From positions 1 to 43,206 of the IMG/VR virus record IMGVR_UViG_3300022904_000004: DNA of 43,206 nucleotides; one strand, given 5' to 3'. Positions 36,666-43,206 of this stretch are shown here, piece by piece (position 1 is the first letter of the stretch; each line of letters opens with the position of its first letter). The notes beneath the pieces are model-generated. The model searched no databases, was not told where the DNA came from, and saw only the letters and a list, made by a program, of their open reading frames with translations. Both the position numbers and the translations under genes were made by a program. The stretch is from a virus. Its lineage: Duplodnaviria; Caudoviricetes.

Positions 36666-37028
36666 ATGGCGGGTAAGAAGGAGCAGCTGGTGGCGCTGGT
36701 GGACGCCGGGGTCAAGGACGGCGCAGACGTGCTGCGGATCATCACGCGTGGCAGCCGCGCCCGGGTGATCGAGGATCTGCTGGCCCCCGCGGTGGAGGCG
36801 GCGCTCAGCGAGCAGGCCGGCGAGGTGGCCCGGGTGGAGGCGCTGGCCGCGCGCGCCGGGGTGGACGTGCAGGAGTACGTCACGGCGTACGCGAAGGCCT
36901 ACGCGCGGGACACGTACGGCCCGGGGCTGGCGGCGCTGGAGAAGGACGACCGGCTCGTGACGCTCCAGCTGATCAAGGCCGGGCGCGGGGCTGTTGCGGC
37001 GCCGGTGGCGTTCAGCGCGCCGGAGTAA
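36666..37028 (+). CDS. putative ribbon-helix-helix DNA-binding protein
   Basis: KKEQLVALVD (strand) AGVKDGADVLRII (helix) GSRARVIEDLL (helix); strong SD GAGGAGGAG. Confidence 0.55.
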   Translation: MAGKKEQLVALVDAGVKDGADVLRIITRGSRARVIEDLLAPAVEAALSEQAGEVARVEALAARAGVDVQEYVTAYAKAYARDTYGPGLAALEKDDRLVTLQLIKAGRGAVAAPVAFSAPE

Positions 37029-37059
37029 CGTCAGCGCTCACCCGAAGGCGAGCACGAAA

Positions 37060-37101
37060 CAGCCCCGGTGACCAGGGAGGCGAATTCCTGGAACCGGGGC
37101 T
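37060..37101 (+). terminator. hairpin after RHH-like gene
   Basis: CAGCCCCGGT/ACCGGGGCTG with inner CCAGG/CCTGG. Confidence 0.65.
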
Positions 37102-37184
37102 GATCCATCTGCATCAGTGCAAGGCGAGATATGCGAGGCGATCATACCATGACCGGACGCAATGGACACATGCATCAGTCTCGA

Positions 37185-37212
37185 TCGACATACGACATCT
37201 ATGTGGTAGGTT
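37185..37212 (+). promoter_or_regulatory. sigma70-like promoter of replication operon (no operator core)
   Basis: TCGACA-16 nt-TAGGTT, ATG 7 nt downstream. Confidence 0.55.
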
Positions 37213-37219
37213 GATCGAC

Positions 37220-37480
37220 ATGACGACAGAGCAAGGGCGCGCACGTACGGCGGCGGCACGGGCATCACGCACCCGAAAGAAGCATGACCGCTGGATCGCA
37301 GAGCTGAGCGAGACAGGCCGGCTCGATCCACTGATCATCACCGCGCTTCAGAACTACGGCTGGATGATCAATAACGGCGAGGCGGAGCTGGACGCCGCCG
37401 CCGGCACCGTGTGGGTACGCGACGGCAGATACGCCGTCATCACCCTGACCGTGCCCGGCGTTACTCCGGCAACGCGATGA
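37220..37480 (+). CDS. hypothetical protein
   Basis: Leaderless-like start; ATGA overlap with primase. Confidence 0.55.
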   Translation: MTTEQGRARTAAARASRTRKKHDRWIAELSETGRLDPLIITALQNYGWMINNGEAELDAAAGTVWVRDGRYAVITLTVPGVTPATR

Positions 37481-39738
37481 CGGAGGCGACGATGGGCGAG
37501 GCACAACGCTGGCTGGAATGGCTGTATGGGCCAGAGCCGGACGGGCTGATCTGGATCGGCGGGCACGGCGATCACTTTGCCGGACGCACCTTCACCTCCA
37601 TCGGTGAGGCGGTGGCGTACGGCCAGCAGCTGGACGACGGGGCGCAGGGTGGGGTGTATCACCGTCTCACCACCCTGCGGGACATCGACCGCGGGCGCGG
37701 CGCCGCGGTGGACAGCGCCTACCTGCCCGGCTTCGCGATGGATCTGGACATCAAGGGACCTGGCCACAAAGCGCTGAACTATCCGGAGAGCGAGCAAGAC
37801 CTGATCACGCTCCTGCGCAAGGCAGGGCTGCCCGAGCCGAGCGTATGGGTGCACAGCGGCGGCGGCCGATACCCGTTCTGGAAGCTGGAGCAGCCGGCAG
37901 ACCTGACGCTGCCCGGCGCACTGGAGCGCGCGGCCGAGACCAGCGCCGCACTGCATCGGCTGGTGATCGATTGGGCGGCGGACGCCGGCTGGAAGGTAGA
38001 CAACACCAGCGATCTCGCGCGGATCTACCGGCTGCCCGGCACGCACAACCGCAAGGCCGAGACGCCGGTGCTGGCGCACGTGCAATGGGACTCGTCCGAC
38101 AGCTCCAGCTCCTTCACGCTGGAGGAGATCGGCACGGCCGTGAGGCGCGCACACCGGCCCACTCCGGAGCACTCCGGGCCTGTTCAGAGCACTCCGGGCT
38201 CGCCGTTCGCATTGCCGAGCGGAGTGCTACCGGCGCCGCTGCATGACGATCGGCGCTTCACGGTGGCGGAGGCGATGGAGTACGTACAGCCCGCACTGGA
38301 CGCGCTGCGCCTCGCTCAGGACGGAGAGATCAACAACCGGCTGAACGACGCGGCGATGCGGATGGCTCACTTCGGTGAGGAGTTCTGGCCGCGTGACGCT
38401 GCCGTGCGGCAGCTGTTCACGGCGCTGGAGCACACCGACTACGACGGTCGGACCTGGAGCGCGGAGACCACGGTCAGCAGCGCGTTCAACGCCATGCTGA
38501 CCAAGGTGGGGCCGGACTTCTGGCAGGCGGTCCGCGCTCCCGACCCCGCGCCGCCGGTCATCCCGGAGGGGCTCGGCCAGCAGAGCCGCGAGCAGTGGCT
38601 GGAGGGCCAGCTCACCAGCGCCACCGAACTGGCCGCGCGCCCGGCGCCCGTGCCACTGGTGTACGGGATGCTGGACAAGGACAGCCAGAGCTGGCTGATT
38701 GGAGAGCCGGGCAGCTTCAAGAGCTTTGTGGCGCTGGACATCGCGGCGCATGTGGGCGCCGGCCGCGAGTGGCAGGGTCACCGGGTGCGGCAGGAAAAGG
38801 TGCTGTATCTGGCGGCCGAGGGCGCGTCCGGCATGACGCTGCGGACGCGGGCATGGCAGCTGACCAACGGTGAGATGGCCGGAGTGGACTTCCTGCCGCT
38901 GCCGTTACAGGTGAGCCGGATCGAGGACTGGCAAGCGCTGATCGCCATCGCCGTCAAGCGCGGGTACGGGCTGATCGTGATCGACACGCAGGCGCGCGTC
39001 ACGGTGGGGCTGGACGAGAACCTCGCCAAGGACGCTGGCGTGTTCGTAGCGGCCACCGGCGCCCTGAAGGACGCCACACGGGCCTGCGTGCTGGTGGTGC
39101 ACCACACGGGAAGGGACGGCAAAAACGCGCGCGGCAGCAGCGCCATCGACGGGGCACAGGACACGGAGCTGAAGCTGAGCCGGTCACAGCCCCGTAGCTC
39201 CATGCAGGTGTTGATCAAAGACGACAAGCAGAAGGACATGGCCGAGGACGAGAGCGGCTTGGCGCTGAAGCTGCGCGTGGTGGAGATGGGCTTCGATCCG
39301 GACACCGATCGGCAGCTCAGCTCGCTGGTGTTGTTGCCTCAGGACGCGTGGCGTGATGCCGAGGTGGAGGCGGCGGCCGAGGAGAGCGGCCAGGAGCTGG
39401 AGGTCCCTGAGCCCGAGCCGTGGACGTGGCAGGTGTACGGGCACAACCGCGGGGACAACGCCCGGCGGGTGCTCCAGGTGCTGCGGACGCTCGGCGGCCA
39501 GGAGGGACTCACCAAGAGCGAGGCGGAGCGCAACGTCCGGGCACGGTGGTACGGCGGCCGGCCGATCCGTAGCGGGGAGCGCGGGCACCTTGATCGCAAG
39601 ACCTGGGACGGCTCCTGGACGCGCGCGCTGGAGCTGGAAGTCGGCCAGGAGAGAGTGCTGTTCAACCCTCGGGGCGAGAAATGGGCCATCAACCTGACCG
39701 TTCTGGCGCAATTGCCAAACCCGGACAATGCGGGATAA
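37477..39738 (+). CDS. primase-helicase (RepB-like AEP primase plus AAA_25/RepA helicase)
   Basis: MDLD, VHSGGG, RIYRLPGTHNRK primase motifs; GEPGSFKS, YLAAEG, IVIDT, VVHHTG, RGSSA helicase motifs. Confidence 0.9.
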   Translation: MTEATMGEAQRWLEWLYGPEPDGLIWIGGHGDHFAGRTFTSIGEAVAYGQQLDDGAQGGVYHRLTTLRDIDRGRGAAVDSAYLPGFAMDLDIKGPGHKALNYPESEQDLITLLRKAGLPEPSVWVHSGGGRYPFWKLEQPADLTLPGALERAAETSAALHRLVIDWAADAGWKVDNTSDLARIYRLPGTHNRKAETPVLAHVQWDSSDSSSSFTLEEIGTAVRRAHRPTPEHSGPVQSTPGSPFALPSGVLPAPLHDDRRFTVAEAMEYVQPALDALRLAQDGEINNRLNDAAMRMAHFGEEFWPRDAAVRQLFTALEHTDYDGRTWSAETTVSSAFNAMLTKVGPDFWQAVRAPDPAPPVIPEGLGQQSREQWLEGQLTSATELAARPAPVPLVYGMLDKDSQSWLIGEPGSFKSFVALDIAAHVGAGREWQGHRVRQEKVLYLAAEGASGMTLRTRAWQLTNGEMAGVDFLPLPLQVSRIEDWQALIAIAVKRGYGLIVIDTQARVTVGLDENLAKDAGVFVAATGALKDATRACVLVVHHTGRDGKNARGSSAIDGAQDTELKLSRSQPRSSMQVLIKDDKQKDMAEDESGLALKLRVVEMGFDPDTDRQLSSLVLLPQDAWRDAEVEAAAEESGQELEVPEPEPWTWQVYGHNRGDNARRVLQVLRTLGGQEGLTKSEAERNVRARWYGGRPIRSGERGHLDRKTWDGSWTRALELEVGQERVLFNPRGEKWAINLTVLAQLPNPDNAG
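38160..38229. repeat. CACTCCGG repeats in primase-helicase linker
   Basis: Three direct CACTCCGG and one inverted CGGAGTG. Confidence 0.7.
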
Positions 39739-39742
39739 GCCT

Positions 39743-39932
39743 CACTCCGGGATCTTGCCCGGAGTGCTCGTCCACTCCGGGCTCCACTCCGGGGCAAGTT
39801 CATCAATATAAGCCGGAGTGCCCTGAGTGGCTGACCTGCCACTCCGCTCCACTCCGGGGCACTCCGGGTAGCACTCCGCTTCCAAATGCAACCCACTCCG
39901 GGCTTGGGGGGGGTGTCCGTAGGACCCCCCAA
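39743..39932. repeat. iteron-like array, candidate replication origin
   Basis: Eight direct and two inverted CACTCCG copies around AT-rich TTCATCAATATAA; G/C hairpin 39904-39932. Confidence 0.75.
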
Positions 39933-39989
39933 CCCTGAGTGCATCGGGGAGAGAGGAGAGGAGAGATAGTCAAGAGACTAGATCACCAA

Positions 39990-40018
39990 TTGATACCAAG
40001 TGACTTCGGTGCTAGGCT
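39990..40018 (+). promoter_or_regulatory. variant promoter/operator copy 9
   Basis: TTGATA-CCAAGTGACTTCGGTGC-TAGGCT, 17-nt spacer. Confidence 0.65.
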
Positions 40019-40055
40019 CGTGGTGACGGATGAACGAGGCGAGGAGAAGCGGATC

Positions 40056-40235
40056 ATGAAGGACTTCAAGATCTGGGGACGCGCCCGGGTCGCCACGGAC
40101 ACTTCGATCCGGCACGGCCAGATCGGCACCGTGGTCGAACTGCGCAGCGGGGATTACCCCGTGGTGCTGATCCACACGGACGGGCAGAGGCGGGCCTGGA
40201 AGCCGGAGGAGTTGGCCGAGGTGACGCCGGCATGA
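40056..40235 (+). CDS. small KOW/SH3-like protein
   Basis: HGQIGTVVEL...WKPEEL; GAGGCGAGGAG SD. Confidence 0.6.
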   Translation: MKDFKIWGRARVATDTSIRHGQIGTVVELRSGDYPVVLIHTDGQRRAWKPEELAEVTPA

Positions 40236-40825
40236 GCGCGGAGGTTATCGCCCGGCTGTTCGTGGCCGGGCGTCCGCGGACCAAGGGCCACATGCAGCCG
40301 GTACACCGGCGCGGCACTGCTGGCCGCCCGTGCAGCTTCGGCGGCGCGAAGGAGCGCCCGGAGCTGGTGACGTGGATGCGTCTGCTCAACTGGTCGATTC
40401 AGCACCAGCTCGGAATAGAGCTCGGCCGCTCCGCGAGTGATGGGCGCGTACGACGCATTGATGACACTCAGCCGTACGCGCTGCCCGTGGAGGTGCACTG
40501 CTTCTTCCGTTTCGATCGGGAGCTGAGCAGGGCTGAGGCGGCGGAGCACGGCTCCGTCTGGCCGAGCCACGCGAGCGAGTGGCCCACGGCGATCTCGATC
40601 GGCGATGAGGACACGCTGCGCCGGGCGGTGCTGGACGCGCTGGTCAAGTCCGGCGTGATCAAGGATGACTCGCTGAGCGTGGGCGGGATGAACTACAAGC
40701 GCTGGTGCACTCCGGGCGAGGAGGCGGGCGTGCTGATCGTGGTGTTGCCAGCCCCGGCGCCGGACATGGTGTCTCGACAGGAGCAGCACATGGCGCTTTG
40801 GGGTATCGGGAGCGAGCGATCGTGA
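40232..40825 (+). CDS. RusA-like Holliday junction resolvase
   Basis: FVAGRPRTKG N-terminus; GDEDTLRRAVLDAL...IKDDS acidic motif. Confidence 0.75.
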   Translation: MSAEVIARLFVAGRPRTKGHMQPVHRRGTAGRPCSFGGAKERPELVTWMRLLNWSIQHQLGIELGRSASDGRVRRIDDTQPYALPVEVHCFFRFDRELSRAEAAEHGSVWPSHASEWPTAISIGDEDTLRRAVLDALVKSGVIKDDSLSVGGMNYKRWCTPGEEAGVLIVVLPAPAPDMVSRQEQHMALWGIGSERS

Positions 40826-41640
40826 CCGCGCCGTTCGAGGTGGAGGAGCCGGAGGCGCTGCCGTGGTCGCACCTGGTGCGCGTGGCGTGCGTCCGGCGGT
40901 GCGGCAAGGCGGCGCTGGCCGACCCCTCGCAGATCGCCAACGCGCTCTGTGGCCCGTGCCGGATTGCAGAAGCCTCCGTGGCGGCCACCATCTCGCGTCT
41001 CCCGGCCGAAACCCCGCCACCCATGGTCTCGGGTGGGTACGTCGTTTCGTACGCTCAGCGGGCTGAGAACGGGTGTCCGGTTTGCGCCACGGCTCGGACG
41101 GTGGCGGACTGCTCCTACACCGGGCACGTGGAGGCGGCGAGCGGCGCGGTGGTGTGCCCGTCGAATTGTGGTCACGATCGGCCCGGACCGATCAGAGATC
41201 TGTTCGCTGCGGCCGCCGGATACGGCTGGTGCGCAGATGCCAACCACAGCGTGATCGCCGGCAAGGAGATCTGGAGTGTGCGGTTCCGGCGCGGCGAGGA
41301 GTGGGCCGGGTACGCGGTGCGCCGTGGGGACGTGTGGGGCTCGGTGTGCATCGTGGGGCGCTCGCTGCCGCCGTTCCTGGCGCTCGGGGTGACGGAGCTG
41401 AAGCAGTGGCTGGCCGGCCCGGAGGCGTGCGGCGAGGCGTGGATGCGTGAGATCCGGGTCAAGGTGGCGGCCAGCATGCTGCACAAGAAGATCGTTTGCT
41501 GCCCGGGCGCGCCGCGGTGTGTGGTGCAGGGTCCGGCGCGGGCGCCGGACGCGGCGGTGATTGGTCCGGAGCACACGCACCGGGCGGATGGCTCAATTGT
41601 TAAGAAGGTTTCACGTAAGCAAACCGTACAGGGGATGTGA
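40822..41640 (+). CDS. Cys-rich hypothetical protein
   Basis: GTGA overlap; multiple CxxC. Confidence 0.55.
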   Translation: MTAPFEVEEPEALPWSHLVRVACVRRCGKAALADPSQIANALCGPCRIAEASVAATISRLPAETPPPMVSGGYVVSYAQRAENGCPVCATARTVADCSYTGHVEAASGAVVCPSNCGHDRPGPIRDLFAAAAGYGWCADANHSVIAGKEIWSVRFRRGEEWAGYAVRRGDVWGSVCIVGRSLPPFLALGVTELKQWLAGPEACGEAWMREIRVKVAASMLHKKIVCCPGAPRCVVQGPARAPDAAVIGPEHTHRADGSIVKKVSRKQTVQGM

Positions 41641-41858
41641 TCTTTGTGGCCAATGAGGTCGAACGGTTGCGCCAGCTCGCTCAACGTGCGGGCTGGCGCA
41701 TCTCGCCCGGGTCGAAGCATGAACAGTGGCGCTCGCCGGACGGGGTGACGATCGTGCACGTGCCGCCGCCGGGTGCTGCGAAGGCGCGCCGCAAGGCCGG
41801 GCGTCACCTGGAGAACTTGCGCGCCACGCTGAAACGAGGGGGCTTACATGGATGCTGA
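41637..41858 (+). CDS. HicA-like dsRBD-fold protein
   Basis: AGWRISPGSKHEQWRSPDGVTIVHVP pattern. Confidence 0.65.
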   Translation: MIFVANEVERLRQLAQRAGWRISPGSKHEQWRSPDGVTIVHVPPPGAAKARRKAGRHLENLRATLKRGGLHGC

Positions 41859-42195
41859 GCTGGCGCACTTAGCGGCGCAGCGGGGCGAGCTGGCGTTGCG
41901 GATGCGGGAGCTGGAGCAGGCGCTCGCCGCGGTGGACGAGCGGCTGGCAGAGGTCGCCAGGGCAACGCGTGAGGCGGCCAGGAACACGCGCCTCGTGCCG
42001 CCCTGGACGGAGGAGCGCCGGCGGCAGACCGTGGAGCCGGGGCACGGCGCGGAGACGGCGCGCATCGCGATGCCGGTGCCGGCGCTCAGCGAGCTCAGCA
42101 CCGCGGTGGGCTGCCCGTCCGGGTGCGGGATAGCTGTGCTGCACAGTCATTACGCCGATGGCCAGGTGGTGGAGTGGCAGCAAAATAGTCATTGA
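41848..42195 (+). CDS. hypothetical coiled-coil protein
   Basis: SD GAGGGGG; C-terminal CPSGC...HSH. Confidence 0.55.
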   Translation: MDAELAHLAAQRGELALRMRELEQALAAVDERLAEVARATREAARNTRLVPPWTEERRRQTVEPGHGAETARIAMPVPALSELSTAVGCPSGCGIAVLHSHYADGQVVEWQQNSH

Positions 42196-42219
42196 CATCC
42201 GAGTGACATCGGGTAGACT
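42192..42219 (+). promoter_or_regulatory. conserved promoter/operator copy 10
   Basis: TTGACA-TCCGAGTGACATCGGG-TAGACT, 16-nt spacer. Confidence 0.85.
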
Positions 42220-42258
42220 ATGGGTATCAGCAAGACGGAGCGAGGCGAGGAGATCGAG

Positions 42259-42423
42259 ATGACCTACCGGATGCGGATCACCACCGAGACGGCCAACGGC
42301 AAGACGCGCACCGAGACGGTGCAGCACATCCCGGCCGATCAGCTGGAGAGCCGGCGCCAGGCGGTCCGTGACGGCCAGCCCCGCGGTTCGGTCTTCGGGG
42401 TCAAGGTGATCAAGGAGCGCTGA
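42259..42423 (+). CDS. small hypothetical protein
   Basis: GAGGCGAGGAG SD; own promoter and terminator. Confidence 0.65.
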   Translation: MTYRMRITTETANGKTRTETVQHIPADQLESRRQAVRDGQPRGSVFGVKVIKER

Positions 42424-42428
42424 GCGCA

Positions 42429-42469
42429 CAAGATCGTGGCCCGCTCCGAGGGGGGAGCGGGCCATCTTG
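42429..42469. terminator. terminator hairpin between convergent genes
   Basis: TGGCCCGCTCC/GGAGCGGGCCA stem extended by CAAGA/TCTTG. Confidence 0.75.
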
Positions 42470-42472
42470 CTG

Positions 42473-42488
42473 TTGACATCCGAGTGAC
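42473..42488 (+). promoter_or_regulatory. operator copy 11 without recognisable -10
   Basis: TTGACATCCGAGTGAC immediately after terminator. Confidence 0.7.
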
Positions 42489-42516
42489 ACGTTTCAACCG
42501 GTGGCGGTGCCGGCGG

Positions 42517-42771
42517 TCAGGAGCCGGCAGGGCCAGCCTTGCCCGCGCTGCGGGTGCTGCGGTCGGACGCCCGGACCGGCGAGCCGCCCTGTGTGCTGTT
42601 CGCGCGCTCGGTCTCGGCGCGCTTGTCCAGCTCCTCCTGCGGAACGTTGTGCTCGCCCTGCTCGGTGCCGATGTCGGGGCGGTGCGGTACCGGCTTGCGC
42701 TGCGCCACCTCCTGCTGCCGGTCGTAGTTCTCCTGCATCTGCTCTGCCTCGGTCTTGATCTCTTCAGCCAT
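42517..42771 (-). CDS. hydrophilic hypothetical protein
   Basis: ATG 7 nt after TACCGT; convergent on terminator. Confidence 0.55.
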   Translation of the reverse strand: MAEEIKTEAEQMQENYDRQQEVAQRKPVPHRPDIGTEQGEHNVPQEELDKRAETERANSTQGGSPVRASDRSTRSAGKAGPAGS

Positions 42772-42814
42772 ACGGCACACGGTACCCAACGTCTGGCCTG
42801 CCTATGCTCACGTC

Positions 42815-43111
42815 ATGGCGAGGAGCAGGGGTGCGTGGTCGAAGGGCGGGGGCCGGCCGTGGCGCCGCATCCGCGATGCGGTGCTACTCGCCAACCTGGA
42901 CGCACCCCCGCGTGGCAACAGCGGGCGGTGCACGCTGGCCGTGGTCTGCCGGGGTGAGGCGGTGGCTGACTGCGTGCATCACGTGCTCGGTCGTGCTGTG
43001 ACTGGTGATGATCCGCGCTACCTCAAGGCAGCGTGTGCCCCATGCAACCAGGCGATCGGTGATCCGATGCGCCACCCTGACCCACCCACTAGGCCCGTCA
43101 CTCTCTGGTGA
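42815..43111 (+). CDS. HNH endonuclease (packaging-associated)
   Basis: WRRIRDAVL...C...C...VHH...ACAPCNQ; last gene before genome end. Confidence 0.85.
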   Translation: MARSRGAWSKGGGRPWRRIRDAVLLANLDAPPRGNSGRCTLAVVCRGEAVADCVHHVLGRAVTGDDPRYLKAACAPCNQAIGDPMRHPDPPTRPVTLW

Positions 43112-43206
43112 TCCTTAACTCTTAGTGATGTCCGTTCATGCAGCCAATGTCCAATATGGCATAGTCTCAAGATGTCCGTTTTTCCCGGTATGAGGGGGTA
43201 GGCCAC

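Noticed and set aside
39743-39903. CRISPR array
   Set aside because: Repeats are 7-9 bp with irregular short spacing and mixed orientation; no cas genes. The Cas4-like exonuclease fits recombination

Overview
The window appears to be a complete ~43.2 kb, high-GC siphovirus genome infecting a filamentous actinomycete (host inferred from WhiB-like, TraB/Spd-like and leaderless-promoter features). It opens at the probable cos region. Left arm, + strand (1-17.8 kb): terS, terL, portal, protease-capsid fusion, tail genes with a probable -1 chaperone frameshift, tape measure, a lysis cassette and a PIG-L-family deacetylase. Middle, - strand (17.9-36.5 kb): two GT2 glycosyltransferases, MazG-like, WhiB-like, SSB-like, exonuclease, SF2 helicase and a C5 methyltransferase. 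It also holds the most unusual element, a separately promoted operon encoding a membrane-anchored FtsK/TraB-like translocase, a DUF2637/Spd-like multi-TM protein, an HTH protein and a GIY-YIG-like membrane protein, resembling actinomycete plasmid transfer/spread machinery. Right arm, + strand: RHH-like regulator, primase-helicase followed by an iteron-like CACTCCG array, RusA-like, HicA-like and HNH. No integrase or ParA/ParB was recognised. Non-coding signals: about ten copies of a TTGAC(A/T)TCCGAGTGAC promoter/operator motif, dense GGAG(C/T)(A/G) clusters embedded in terS, the HTH gene and the TraB-like gene, twin long RNA stem-loops, and a 7-bp tandem repeat before the SSB-like gene. All family calls come from motif recognition by eye and all counts are manual; no database searches were run.
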